The translations under genes and the position numbers were made by a program. A DNA stretch of 64,000 nt, from contig NC_134031.1 in NCBI RefSeq assembly GCF_964204645.1, positions 248,001 to 312,000 of the forward strand, written 5' to 3'. This stretch comes from Tubulanus polymorphus (Eukaryota > Animalia > Nemertea). Below are positions 8,048 through 23,373 of the stretch, piece by piece (position 1 is the first letter of the stretch; every line of letters starts with the position of its first letter). Under the pieces are notes generated by a model. That model ran no database searches. It saw nothing but the letters and a program-made list of their open reading frames with translations, and had not been told where the DNA came from.

Positions 8048-11000
8048 TGACTTGTGACCAGTCAGGTGTAGAGACTCCATACAATGATTTTAATGGTTTC
8101 CAATCAGACATTTAACTGAAGAATTCGACGAGCCGCTCATCATTCGTATTTCCCATCGATAGGAAACATTAGAACATAAAAAACTGCATCTACTTTAATT
8201 TAATTCATGAATTCATGATAAATGATTCATTATATTGAATGAACGGAGTATAGACTAGAACGTGGTGTCATCTAGCGTTAACGAACTGAACTAAAACAGC
8301 ACTAATTAATCTATTGTTTCAGTGAGACGCGAGCAGGCGCAGGTGCGTATGTAAATGATATGTAAATTAGCTGAGTTGTGTCTATTAATTACTATCACGG
8401 TATTCGATTCCTTTCCGTTCAGCGGAGTTTGATTGATCCATTCATGAAATTTAAAACAGCTTTTACTAATCATCGTAGAAGTCATCGAGAGGTTTATAAT
8501 TGACTCATGGTAAAAACAGCGAGGGATTGGACCTCGACACGTGTGGGACTGGTCGCCACTGATCACCAAATCCTAGAAAAATGATTTAAAATGTAGAATA
8601 TAAATTTGGGAGGACTGGTAAATTTGTGAATGTATAAATCAGACACAAACATTCAAAAATTGTATTCATTTCATTGTAAAGATTATCAAAATGATTTGAT
8701 GGCTTTTTTTGCATAATGTCTCATTGAGTGGAATTTCTGTAGTCTGTGTGTGAAGATACGTTAAAACATTTTACATTTTGTAATAGTTTACCAATGCACA
8801 CATCAGTAACCGGCCACATCAGTGAAGTGTTTTAAAAACATGTTTTAAAGTGTTTGATAATTAGTCACTATTAAAAAAATGGTATTTTGTAAAGAGCTTT
8901 GAGATTGTTTTAATGTAAAACGCTTTTAAATAATAAGTTATTATTATGATTTTTAAGCATACTCAAAACAATATGTGATTTGAAATATATTTACATCTTT
9001 AGAAATATATTCATAAATATGAACGGACTATACTTATCAATTTCATCGATTGATGTCGACTAACAAGAGAGCTGGAAATATATCTACCTAGAAATGGATA
9101 TCAACAATTTAGATTATTTTAAACGCACAGAGAGAAGGAGGGCCCTGGCCGGGAGAGACTGTAGACGACTATTTGAAGTTGTTTAGGTGACGGATGGTCG
9201 GGATGAATCGGTCTGTCTCTATCTAGAGCTATTGACACGGACAAGTCTCGCTCGTTAAACAATACTTCAAGCACCACTGAAAATAAAAGCACCCATCAAA
9301 ACTGTTTTACCAAATACAATAAAACAATAGTTGAACAGACAATAAGGCTCCTAATAGCTGACGAAGTCACCGATAAGGTTTAGTTAATGCTTGCACAGAT
9401 ACACGTCAATAGGTACTTGTAATATCGCAGTCAGGTGTAATAGACAACCGGCTAGCCTCTATCCCTCACCCTCTTTACCTCTTAAACACGACTTCTTTAC
9501 ATTTCTGACGCCAATAAAGTTATTTTCCACGATCTGAAGAGCGCGATCGCGCGTGTTCAATAGAAATACAACTCTAGTTAGGCGTGCAACTCATTCTAAA
9601 ATATTCGAGTCTAGGTACGTTTTATTGTTGCGCAAAAAGATGGTTCTTAGTTTTAAACTTTTTTCAATTCATTCTACGCACGCTCGTGAAGTTTGGATTT
9701 TCCTGGACCGGACAAAACTTAAATTCAGACTCAAGAGTTTTTAGTTGGATGGTACAGTAGACTACACTCCGTTCCGAAAATGAGCTCTGATGAAAAATGT
9801 TTCGACAATTGAGGGTGATATCTGAGTTGGATGATACAATAAACTCTGTCCAAGTCAGGAGTGCTGATATCCAAATGTAGACAGTCGCGTCCCACAAAAT
9901 GATTTCATCAACTCAAATATTTAGAATACTGTACGTTCTCCTAAGAATCCATGCAATATGAATGATTTCCAATCGTTTCTCCTGAAGATCAAAATTAAGT
10001 CTCTGCAGTCAATATATATTCGTAGTTTCAATTTCCGTCTTGTCAATTGTTCATTATTTCTAGTATTTAAATACTTTATTTTCCTCCATCAATACAATGT
10101 GTATCGTATAAATAATATGTATACTTTAACAAAAAAAGTTTATAATTACTATAAACAGTGTCAGAAAAGTATTCGTCCAACGAAACATCTGAATTAAACA
10201 GTTTGACTATGGACCACAGGTTTATGATAGCCTTGAGAAACGGCCCGTGTAAATGTGTACCGGTCCTCAGACTAAGTGACGTCACGAGTCTTTATAAATT
10301 GGGCGGCAACATTTTGAAGAGTTGTGTCTCAGTGGCGACACGTCTAGACGAGAGTCACAGACAATTTCAGTGCAAATCATTTGAATTCGAATTCGAATAG
10401 TTCAACGATTTCGATTGTTTGAAAACAACTGTTTGATACGGTTATCCTTCAGTCAAAACATTATTTACATTTTTAACGGATATACATAAAGTCGTTGAAG
10501 AATATATCAGCTGGAATTAATACAACGTGGATCAATAGAGCTCTTATTGCGTTATGCGAATTCTAACATGAATTCAGATGTAGATTCTCATTTCATTACT
10601 TGAGGATTTTATTCAAATATTTCGATGATGATAAACATTTTCTACATATTTTTCGCATATATACATAACGCATTCCTTTTGAAAGAATTCTTGCCCCGTA
10701 TAAAAAAAAAGACTGTTGACAAAAAGTGAACTGATATATAATTTAGCAGGTTGCGACGAGTCGAGATGAGAATGTGCCCTATAGCGGATTGTTTTATCGG
10801 TTGCTGGTCTCACGGAATGTCGCGGTTATAGTTTCACTGGTGTAATTATCTGGTATCCTGTATCCTGTATACAACACACACACATTTCCTTCGTTTAATT
10901 AATTCCACAGGAAGAGAGCGACATCAATAGGGTTTTAAATAAGCCCGGAATAAATTACATTATTCAACAGACTGATCGTGTCATATCACTGAGGACTACT

Positions 11001-12624
11001 CCAGTCTAAACCGCCGGTATCCTATTACAGTAATACTACTCGCTGCCGGCTTTATCGTAGAACGCGCTTATATTCTTATTGTCTTAATTATGTGGTCACG
11101 TGTCACCAGGTCGTCGTCGTCGTCGTCTTACACCGATATCTATGGGTGACTCTTTATAGAATGGCCTTGACATTGCCGAGTATCAGGAAGTGACGTATGC
11201 GATACGCAACAATGCGTCCAATCGCGTGGTTGTAACCATGGCGAGAGGATTGGTCCGGGTCCAAGTGGTGGCTCGAGGTTTCCATCAGCTACTGACCCCT
11301 GGTGGCTAACCCATTAACAACTCGATCAGACCGATCCTATGATACCGAGGAGACAGTTATCTGCGTTACTCCGTAATTAAGCACAACAATTAATTATACG
11401 ATCAGTTTATTGTCTCTGTTAAACGCGTAGAGATAATTTCTATAATTTCTGGCGACGATCGATAGTTTCCCAAGCACGCAGCGTCGACCCACAACCAAAA
11501 CTCTCTCTCTCTCAATTATCAATCAGTTAAATGTCAGACTGTCCTGATACCAGAGAATCAGAGATTTATGAGTCTATATATATGGGTTTGATCTTTAACG
11601 GCGCTCGAGTTGATGATGAGAAATGTAGACTGAATAGCGTATAAAATATTGCGAGTAAAGGGCACCACATTTCCCACAGTTGCTAGTAGGACCTGACCAG
11701 TAAACACTTGCCAATGCGCCCTGCCTTTGGGCACAATGGGCCCAGATCGACGGACTCTACTGAGCTCTAGTTATGGCACGAATGCCACTTGGGGGCCAGA
11801 GTGACTTGTGTTGCCAACTCGCGACTCAAGACTAGGAAGGGAGCAACATTGGACACTTTGGGCTTTGAGACTGGTCATTGTTGGTCACGCAGGGGTCACC
11901 ACGGTCAGAACGATGGTCCTAACAGATAAATTTCGGTGTGTTTAAACTACCTGTCTCTCCCTGTCCCTCTCTCTCTCACGGAGATCAGGAACCAACACAA
12001 CTTTATACGTAGATAAATAAAGACTATATGAAGTGGATATATTAATATCCGCGCGCAGAGATCTGTCTCTGCTGAGCTGCATCGAGTCGAGTTTATTTAC
12101 ATTCATTTCCCGTCGTCTCGACAACGCGCAACACTGGTGGACGTTGGTTACCAATAGAGACGAGTGTTTGACCAATCGGATCTTCAATATCCTGTCGTTT
12201 GTCAGGTCTGGGATTAGGCAGACGATGTCACCAGTACGGCGTACGTTCTCTCTTCAATTATACAAACACAACTGGACAATGCTAATAGCAGACGGTTTAT
12301 TTGCCTAATTTCGTCTTCTACAGTTAAAAGTGGTCATCTAACATTAGCCTTATTTCGTCGTAGATGTCACGGGTTGTTAGATTGAAGTGATACTTATCTT
12401 GACACTGATAATTCAACCGTTAAGGGCTAGTCACTCATTTCCAGTCGGTACATACAAGTATTTGATTATAATTTCCAATTCCCCATCTCTCCCTCTCTCC
12501 TCTTCGTTGTGTCACTTACAATTGAGTACCTTCCCCAGTACAGATACACGGGTAGGCCGAGGATCGGAGAATCGGTCACTTTTAGTGATATATCACAAAT
12601 AGATCAAATTAGGTACAGACACTA

Positions 12625-12755
12625 GGGCCCAGTTTCAGGAAAAAGTGTAAGCCTAAAACGGTTAAGTTTGAATTGTTGTCCTCATTTAAAACATGAAGTA
12701 ACCAATGAAAATTACAACAGAAATTTGAGTCTAATTTTCTTGTGAAACCGAGCCC
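12625..12755. mobile_element. About 130-bp MITE-like element
   Basis: Imperfect terminal inverted repeats GGGCCCAGTTTCA ... TGAAACCGAGCCC around an AT-rich interior. Confidence 0.55.
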
Positions 12756-13714
12756 AGGCAGGGGAAAGAATAATGTTCATCACTTAGGCCATTTTTGGAG
12801 ATGAAGATTATCTCCCCGGAACCAGAAAAAAATTCTGAAAAAACTGTGTCGAAAAGTCTAAAACAAATCCGCAGATGACATGACCCGAGACTCGCAACCC
12901 TTTCAGCCTAATTCGGGCGAATAGAGATTGGAGTTTTCTTGAAGTTCCCGACAAAACACAGAATTCATCAGAAACTAACGGCGGGATGATTGTATTATTT
13001 ACTGAAAGGTGACATTAATTCAATATTCTGGTGTCAAATAAGAACTAGTTTTCACACTTAAGATAATTTCCTGACATCGGCGTCAAATAATTCACAGAGT
13101 CGTCGAATGACGAGATACAGTGTGAAGACCATGGAAACTGTCAATGCAACTCGTTAAAGCTTTAGTGAAGCTGGACGCCATCAAGTAAAAGATCCATCAT
13201 TAACGAAAAGCATTGAATCTTTGAAAACCGCTCTCACAATGACCGCGCGTCGTCGGAAGTCGAATGTCGTATGTCTAATGACAGAATCGTGTCGTGCAGA
13301 TTAGAATCACAAAAACAACGTAGTTTCTTTCAGCTATTAATTTATACTCAAGACATGAAAAATATGAGTTTTATAACTATCAGTGGCAGTCTGAGACGAC
13401 CACGCTATATTTTACGCGTGTTGTCCAATACAATTTAATGCGGATATTTTTACAGTGCTGTTACTGCTCAGGCGATGTTATGTTTGCTACAGAAAAGATG
13501 GATCTTTCTTCACGTTTCATTTAATATCAGAAACAAGTGTAAACACATGAAATACTGACTGTAACATCAATCATTATTATATTAGTGACAAAAGGGTCTA
13601 CTAGGGAATAGGGTGCTGTTCGGGAGGGTAGGTTACGAGGGATCTTAAGGGACACCTGAAGGGATGCAGGTAATTGGAGACGGGACCGACAATTGTCGGG
13701 ACAGTGAAGAGCCT

Positions 13715-13900
13715 GGTCCTGTGGACAGTAAGGTCCTGTCATGCAGTTCCTGTGATTGTCCTGCAGGTCCTGTGGACAGTAAGGTCCTGTCATGCAGTTC
13801 CTGTGATTGTCATGCAGGCCCTGAGACAGTAAGGTCCTGTCATGCAGGTCCTGTGATTGTCATGCAGGTCCTGAGACAGTAAGATCCTGTCATGCAGGTC
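13715..13900. repeat. Compound minisatellite (GGTCCTGT/CATGCA units)
   Basis: Repeated GACAGTAAGGTCCTGTCATGCAG(G/T)TCCTGTGATTGTC. Confidence 0.85.
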
Positions 13901-15409
13901 ATTAGTAACATGTCTTGTCGGATGGAGTTTAATAATAATCATGTAATATCATGTATTGCAGAGATATTCGTGCTGTAAAGCTATCACTACTGACTCTCTT
14001 AATATCGTCTGCTGTTCGCTGTTAATCCTTTACTTGTCACTTTACACATGAAATTACATCTTATATTGTCAATAACCCCCCGCGTAGATTCACGAGCAAT
14101 GACAGGGAGAGGGGGAGAGGGGGGTGTTAAAGAGAATAGGGAGACATGATTGTTAGATTTATCATATGGTTCAGTGTTTTGAGTATGAGTTAAACAGACT
14201 CGAGCAGGAAACAGACGAATCAATCATCTATTGCTATCAACTATAAGAGGATTACCTCAAACAATTTCAATCGTTTTATTACGCGATAGTTTTACGTGTA
14301 AAATAATAAAAACTCATTAAAACTCGAATCGTTTCAGAATGTTTGTGTTGTGAAGCTCAGTCGTGTTGGTTTCGGCATCGAGAGGGATGCCACTTCGTCG
14401 TATTTTACTTCTATTCCTTTTGTAAATTCATAACTATGTGAACTATATATCTAAACTATACATCTACCGGTACCATTATCATGTTATCATTTTATCGCTT
14501 TTATATTTCACAATGAAATGATTTCAAATTAAAAAGTTGCAGTGATTTCTATGTATTTTTTATTTTCTCATTATTAATTCAATAGTTCCCTACGTTTTGA
14601 ATGCCAAGGATGCTGCCCTGGCAGAAAACCCATTATCGCTGCTTTGCAGCAATTTTTATTTTTGTATTTTACGAGAAAAAACATTTGAAAAGAAACAATA
14701 CATTTGATTCGTAACTTTTATTACAATAATCCAATAAAACGATTGTTGAAGGTAAAACTATTATAGATTTATGGAAAAACATTTCAGTAAAGTGGTCAGT
14801 AAAGAGAGGGAGAGGATCAATGTATATCGAGTGATTCGCTGACGATCACTGTTAGTTTCAGCTGTTTTCTGATATAATGAAACACTCGGTTTATTTGACC
14901 TGGTTTTATAAAGATAGAGTCAGTTTTATAGTTTTTAAACTATTTCATGTTGTATACAATTCAATGATTGCTGTATCAATAATCAATATTTATGCACTTA
15001 ATTTTTGCTTCTGATGTCTGTGGTATAAATATATACATGATTTAATTAATGGGGGCAAGTGTTGCACCCTTACAAACACCGCTCCCCGTAGGGATGACGT
15101 TTCATATCGGGGTACACATTTCAGTTCTACGTTCAGTCAATAGATGGCTCGACTGAGTTTGAATGAGGGTAGGTCAAGGACTATTGGAAAATAGCAACAT
15201 ATAACGGATTTAGAATTTAATATGTGTAGAATGGAAAATAAAGTACTGAAGGGTGTTAGGGGTGGGAAAAAAGATGTAAAATAAAATAACGATGGTATTT
15301 TTGGGGTGTGATAGACAAGTCACACGGTACTGGATGCGGGGAGTTCTAAACTACAGAACAACAATTCAAGTCTGAAGAGCACAAATGGCGAGAACCGGCG
15401 GCGATAGAC

Positions 15410-15570
<161 letters not shown>

Positions 15571-17028
15571 GGGAGCAGAGACAGGGTAATCGAGAGTGAA
15601 GCAGGGAATAATAGTAAAAATATGGTCAATGATAGAAACACCTGGTCGCGTTTATAGCGCCATTCACACACAATGAAACAAACGTCTGTTTTTCCGATGT
15701 GAAGAAGTTTAAAATCAATCAATTAGAAAAGTTACGCGCGGAAAATAATTATTCAGGTCGGCAGCTGATGGGCCAAAAATTGAATCCTTATTCAGTATGA
15801 GCGCGGTCTCTTCAAAGCGTGCCCGCAATATCAATAATCATTATACACACACTATCATCCAATACAACTACATAGGACTGAATACATTTGACACGAGCAG
15901 TGGAGTTTGGCAAGGTGAAGTTCTTAAACGAACTAGAACCGGGAAAACTAGAGAATATGGAGAGAGTGTCGATGGTTGTATAGAGTACGGAGGACGGGAA
16001 GATGGCATGGAGGAGAGGGAGGGCTCCATTGAGGGAGGAGAAAACCGATCTATAAACCGCCGCAAGTAACAAATTGCCTATTCACATCAGGTCACGAAAC
16101 TCTTACTTTAACTACTGGGCTTTAGTTTGATGACTATCACAGAATAATCCTTCAAATACTGATCACTCTTAAAAACCTCTCGACAAAAAAAATTAGCAGA
16201 GCCTCTTCACATTTAATTAATGATCAGAGAGAGAGAGAGAGAGTGAGAGTAGAGAGAAATAGGGAGAGAGAACAGATGACAGAGAGGAAGGAAGGAAGTT
16301 TTACAGTAATTAAATTGAAACATCTGTCTTTAATGTCAATGTATGTAGTTTGTATTATGAGAGTCGCATTGAGAGAGTAATTAATGAACTGTTTCTGTCT
16401 ATGTCTATACTGGCGCTTTGTGTTCTAAAAAATCGAAATTTTACGACATTTGCCGCAACACGAATATTTTCAGCATCTTTCCCCCTCAATTCACTCAACT
16501 TGTTGGTTTGGTTGAAAGTTTAAGCATCAGTCCCGATTTTATGATGTCATAAAATATTGAATGCATTGTTGGATGACAATGTAGAACATTGTTACACAAT
16601 TGTATTTAATCAATTAAAACTTATAGATTGTATTGAAAACAATGTTGTATTAATTTCTTCATTGTTGTAGATGTATATACAGTTTTTAACAATGAATTCA
16701 GTTGAGCTGATAAAACCGTGACCTTTACACTCATTGTGAAATACGCGGTCACCATTCGGGTTTAACTTCGATCTCACGCTCCAAATATAAACATATATTT
16801 CATTCATAAAAATTATGCTAATGATATTGATGACACGATGATGAGATGGCCTCTAGCAACCGGGGTTCATTCTGTTCAGTCATCAGTCATCTCAGTGATT
16901 GTGTGTAACGGTTTTGTCAAATCATATCTTATTAAAAACAGCCACATTATTATGTCCTAATTAGGCCAAAATTATCTATAGTTTTTCCGGAACATCGGCT
17001 TTTCGTTCATTTTTACTTGACGTTTATA

Positions 17029-17107
17029 AGATAAAATCCCACTATTAACAGATTAAAAGAATTTAAAAACCAGAATTTATTTATCAAATCTAAAATATTT
17101 GACGTTT
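17029..17107 (-). mobile_element. Truncated copy of the repeat that flanks the 23.3-kb hammerhead motif (putative Penelope-like terminal repeat remnant)
   Basis: AGATAAAATCCCACTATTAACAGATTAAAAGAATTTAAAAACCAGAATTTATTTATCAAATCTAAAATATTT is near-identical to about 23214-23285. Confidence 0.65.
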
Positions 17108-18982
17108 ATAATTTGCGTAAAGTCTTAAACCTTTTCTAGTGACATGAATATGACAGAGGGGAGGGTGGTAGCAGATTTGGAGGGGATTCAGATAATTGTC
17201 CACAAAATTACAAAATAACTGATGATTAAGAAACAGGGAATAAATATCTCGTGGCCTAAAAAAGATAAATGGTATTATTGCGGGTTGGATAAAAATGGAA
17301 TTGTACGTATTATTAAATTATTGAGAGAGGAAGGAAGGGAGTAAGTGATGGCCCCAAAATCAATTTTTTGACTGTAAATGGTACATATAATAATTCTATC
17401 TGATTATTTCTGGTATAATTTCATCTGTATCTAGGCCTTGAATGACGTCAGGCACTCCTAGGTATTTATATCTATAAATTGCTCGTTATAGCTCACTGTG
17501 TAACACACCAGAAAATCAATCTGCGATAAAAACTCATTAACTACTGACCAAATAGAGGTCGCCGTTTTCACCCTGTTTAACACAGTTCGGGACCCGATTC
17601 TATAGTTCCGGGCACAGTTTGACGGCGAAAAGTTCCAGCACCCAAAGTTCCCCTCCCTGAACCCGCGCCTGCCATAACTGCTCTCATAACGCCAGCATTT
17701 TTCTGAGAACAAATTTGCTCAATCTGACTCAAATCTGATGGTAATATCATTGTTTATAACCCTGCCAAATTCGTGTTAACGCTATCTTTTTCTTCGGTCC
17801 AAACGTGACAGTTTTTAAAAGGATTTTTATTGTATTGAGTTGAACTAATCGTGAACCTACTGTATTTGAGAGTAATAGCCAAAATTAATTCATTTCCATA
17901 TTTTTTCACTAGCTACCAGACTATAGAGTCGCGTACTGCGAAACCAGATTTTCAGTGGATTCTGAGTGACTCCAATGATAATTTGAAATAAAATATGGAA
18001 AATGATTTGATTTTTTTTCACTTCTGTGAAACTCATAGAAACAAAAGCGATTCTAAAACTTTTTTTATTTATTCGCAATATTTCGAATGGTCCAAAATTC
18101 AACTGATCACCATTGATATAAAAAATACTACGGAATTTTCCCACCGAAAACTCGTCCTCAAAGCGTCAATAATTAATTACTGCAGGAATCATCGATGAAT
18201 CGCGCGACTCCGGCAGGAACCGGAATTCGGCTATACGCGACTTACTGTTCAAAAACCGGTTACGATTAGAGCTCTCTGATTGGTTACTACGGGAATTTAA
18301 AATCAAGAAATATTACTGGGAAAGTTTATCAGCAGCTAAACACTATTCGTTAGTGAGCTGATCCATTTCGGGTTCGAAAAAAAACTTCTCATAGTTTTTT
18401 TTTTGATAGCGCAAGTTTCCGATGTAAAATGCGTCAGGAAACCGATTTCAATTGATGGTCAAAATAGCCACTTATTCGACATCGATTTGCAGGTCAAAAC
18501 ATTTTAGCGACACCACTTCAAATTGAGGTTTGATTCAAAAACTATTTAATGTCGCTCGCTAACACTGAACCCGCGTGGGAAAACAACTAAACTAGATTTA
18601 TATATATTCGTGAACTCTTTAAACGGTTTGGAAATTACGGTCGTTAGCCGGTGCTGCCACCTAGGTCCTTTCGGTAAAACGGGACTGAAGGAAGTCAAGT
18701 GGAGTTCGTAGCGTGCTGCCACCTAGCGCCATAAACGCGAACCTCCGCTATGAATTTATCGCCACGCGGTTCACTGTCACTCTACAGCTTTTGATGTTTT
18801 TTGTAGAATGTTTTGTCTTCTGGCGCTAATAAAATAAAGGATAATGAATGCAGGTGTTACCAAAGAGAGGTGGGCTCCGACCTCACTCGGTGGCTCACGT
18901 GGTCTCCCGGCTGTGACACACTGCAACATCTGTATCTAATCTGTTTTATAGAATAATGGTGTTATCCGATGGGTGTCAGAGA

Positions 18983-19105
18983 GGGGACTGAAAAGAGGTC
19001 ACGGGGAGAGGGGACTGGAAATGGGTCACGGGGACTGAAAAGATGTCACGGGAACTGGAAAGAGGTCACGGGGAGAGGGAACTGGAAAGAGGTCACGGGG
19101 AGAGG
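18983..19105. repeat. Degenerate minisatellite (GGGAACTGGAAAGAGGTCACGGGGAGA-like unit)
   Basis: About 5 imperfect copies. Confidence 0.8.
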
Positions 19106-20665
19106 TAAAAGGGTGAGAGGAGAAGATCAAACTGTAGGCAAAGTTATACAGAAGCGATTGTAGTTTACAAGGTAAACTACAAATATCACTTGTGCAAGTG
19201 GATTATTGAAATACGTAGTACGGGCAGAGTTTAGAGGGGGTCTGGTGGGGAGAGGGGTGAGGGGGGGGGGGGTGTTAGAGGAGGAGACAGGTGGTAGTGA
19301 TGTAAATTATCTCTGTGTTGAAGATAATCTGATTAAACTAATATCAACTTCTAAAAGAGAGTTTTTCATTTCTTTATTTGTGAGTTTTTTTTTTTATTTT
19401 CATTTGGAGACAATAATGAATTGACGAAGTTCAATTGCAAACTATTCGATTAATCGCATTAAAATGGAATTAAATGAGAAAATGGCAGCAGGTTATTGGG
19501 ATTATAGTGGATTATTGCGAGGTACCCAGGGATCGCCGTGACACCACACAGCTGTCAACCATCCCTGGTTGTCAGAAACAGTCTCTGAAAATACTTTACT
19601 GTCCCCCTGATACACACAGGGCTGTCAACCATCCCTGGTTGTCAGCAACAGACCCAGAAAATACTGCCCCCTAACACAATGATGAGATCGTTCAATAATG
19701 GAAGCATGTATCATACGTGTATATCATGTATTCTGACAATGAATTTTGAATTCAACGCAATTTGAAAAATATCCATACATATGTATCGTCTGCGATACAA
19801 AGGGGTCTCTCTTCTTCCCATAGTAAGTGAACAGCTAAACAACACTTGAAATTCATTTTGATCAATTCACGATTGAAATTAACACGTTTTTTACCAAACA
19901 CCCAACAACACTTGACAAATACTTGTAAAAATCTGCGTGCCACTTTTAAGCGCGGTCGTCGCGATATTTCTTTGCACCGTCTTTTCAAAGTTACAACTGC
20001 TCGTTTTGTTTTTTTCGGTTTTTATGAAGTTCAAACTCTCCTCTCTCTCTCTCGGCTCAGACTTGAAAAGGTAACAATAGATTGAAGTATGGTTTAAGTA
20101 TGTGGGTTACAAGACGTGTACTACACGCAATTGAAGAGTGTTCAATAATTGTATCTATTCAATCAGATTCACTGTACACCTCTTATACAACCCTCACCTG
20201 CCCCGGGACGGCTTCACGGCGCATCTTTAACCGGTGTAACTAGATCTGTGTTTTATTATTAAGGCCGATGTTTTAGTGAAATATGACACGAATTCTTTTA
20301 TAATTTTTCATGTCCTCAAATTGAATATGAATCTGATTGAAGGCACACGAGTCTCAGTCCTCTCAGTCTTCGAGTGGTCGAATTCTGAGATTTCTTTTTT
20401 CAATTGTATCCTGACATATGTTCCCGTATTGTAGCGAATGGTTATTTATTCAAATGTGCGTCCATTGGTTCTACGTATGTCTATGTATGTGTCTATGTAT
20501 GTGTCTATGTATGTCGATGTATGTCTATGTATGTGTTTGAGTATGTCCCCTACGATCTCTTCGCTTCAAAAGTTTCTTCACCGAGGTCTTGTTGATCATC
20601 GCAAAAACAGTGAAAACAGGTTTCGAAATGAAACCAGAAAAGTTAAACTAATTTACCACTCAATC

Positions 20666-21102
<437 letters not shown>

Positions 21103-23289
21103 ATCAAGCAGCACAGCCCGGCATCTGACAACCTGGTACTGTATTGATTTGAGATGGTTAGAAATTTCATTGAAAATAATAAATTCAGATTTTGAATATG
21201 CGAATTGTTTTTTTTGTATTTTCTATTTTCTCCTATTGAATATCTTTTTGTTTGGTACAGATTCATGACTTATCTAGCTGGTACTGGGGAGGGGGAGGCT
21301 AGAGGGAGGGGAGGGGAGGGAGGGCTGCGGTTGTGTCTATAATCTATAAACGTAGTCTAATTCACATAGATTTCACGCTTTAATCGGAAGGAAGTAAAAA
21401 CATTCAAACGATTCGTCTCTAGTTTCCGTTAAAATCGCTAGTCACGTGATCAGATTTAAATCACTTAACCCACTGCCTCACACAATCATTGACCAATATT
21501 TATATACATATCATTTGTTATTTTCGAAAAAAATAAAACTGTGACGACGCCGCTCGTGAAGGCTGTGAGAATGATGACAGTGAACTGCGTGGCTCCAGTA
21601 AACTCCACTTAACTCACACACATGTCACAGCGGCTAGGCCTCGACATAACGACACAAACACAGCAGACGACAAACAATAGAGAAATATATCGGGCTATTT
21701 GATTCTCTAGAAATATCTCCTCTCTCTCTCTCACCCCGACACCGCTAGTGAATGGACACATATGTTTTTTAAAAGTATCTAGATTTATTGAATATTTATT
21801 GAATACAGTGAGACACGTGACGTAGATCATCCACGTGACTGACACTGATTTCTCTGAAGGTGGTCGCGAATCAATCTGTTCGATCAATATGAATGGCGGT
21901 GCATTTATAGCGATCTAAAAACACAGAATTGTTGATTCTCATTAAGAATTTTATTACGACATTTAGTGTTGTGGTTTATCACTAGGTGGCAACCATGTTT
22001 TACACATATGTGTACCCGAGGATGGAATTATTGATTTATTAAATAAGAACCCCCTCGCACGGTTGTCATACGACTTGAAGAATTCATCAATATGTTAAAG
22101 TGTTAATGAAAATTACAAATAATCAAGAATGTACTTAATATTGAATGTATTATTTTTGTCATGGCCTGAGACGTCCTGACTAATTATATTAAACCCTCAC
22201 TGATTATATTTAATTCTTACTAATTATTTCTAATTCAGTATTTTGAGACACTATTTTAATGATGTTATTCTGTTATTTCAGGTATAAAATCCCTGTTGTA
22301 TCTCATAGCTGTTTAAACATAAATCTTTTATTTAAAACGATTGTTTTTATTTTCTCTGTAAATTGTAAATAGTTTACGGAACTGTAAAAATAAAACGGAG
22401 TAATGCAATAATTGAATTGAATATTGAGGGAGATTACAATGGAATGAAACCACATTCCCACGAGGCGGAGTGAGAGGGAGGCGGTGGGGCATGGTCAGTG
22501 AAACAAAGGGTAATTAATAATAATGATTAATCCTTGAGTAGAGTAGTATATAATGTAAATATTGGTGTAGAACTGGTCAGAGTTAAACCAGGAGTAATTG
22601 TCATGGGTTGAAAAGGTATAATCTATATCTCACGTTAATTAATCCTTAGATTTAGGGTTTGTGTTAAATACCGTCGTTGTTTTCACGAGGAATTTCCGTG
22701 AGAAATTTCCCACAGTCGACAGCGTCACCAGCCTAAAAATCCATCTCACTTTTCTTTACTATATTTTGTTTCAATTGTAACTGTGTATTCTTAAAGTCAA
22801 AGAGTATTTTGTAAAGACATGAGGCATAATGAATTATCATACATGTATCACATTGAGGAATGTTTCAATTTCAGCAGGATATCCGAGATGTTTAGATACT
22901 CGATACGTGTTGCTGCAGGACCGAACAGGTGTGTCATACTGAGTACTGTGAGGGGTCAGGTGTCAGTGAATGAGGTGGAGTGTTTGAAGTGACACCTGAC
23001 AGACACGCACACACACGGACCTCTCTTTGTTACACAGTTTCCTATTTGTTGAGTTTACCGCGCGATTCAACATGTATCGCTGTGATTCTGTTACTAGATT
23101 TCTGTTCCAGCGAATATCGTAGAAATTACAGAAATAAACATCCGGTAAAAATATCATCCAGCACAGAGTCAGGATTTTGTATTAGAGATTATTACAATAT
23201 ATCTACAATATCAAGATAAAATCCCACTATTTACAGATTAAAAGAATTTAAAAACCAGAATTTATTTATTAAATCTAAAATATTTAAAA

Positions 23290-23333
23290 GACACGACGTT
23301 TCGATCTCACCCTAGAGATCATCGTCAGGTGTC
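23290..23333 (-). ncRNA. Minimal type-I hammerhead ribozyme motif (Penelope-associated type)
   Basis: The minus strand reads GACAC-CUGACGA-U-GAUCUC(UAGGGU)GAGAUC-GAA-ACGU-C-GUGUC. This gives the catalytic core, a 6-bp stem II, a 5-bp stem I, a palindromic loopless stem III and a GUC cleavage triplet. Confidence 0.72.
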
Positions 23334-23373
23334 ACCTGACGATGATCTCTAGGGTGAGATCGAAACGTCGTGT
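23333..23373 (+). ncRNA. Inverted second copy of the hammerhead motif
   Basis: CAC-CUGACGA-U-GAUCUC(UAGGGU)GAGAUC-GAA-ACGU-C-GUG; stem I is only 3 bp. Confidence 0.6.

Noticed and set aside
14369-14400. Possible further hammerhead (minus strand GACGAAGU-GGCAUC(CCUCUC)GAUGCC-GAAAC)
   Set aside because: It lacks an intact CUGA core and a convincing stem I or cleavage triplet; at most a decayed remnant.
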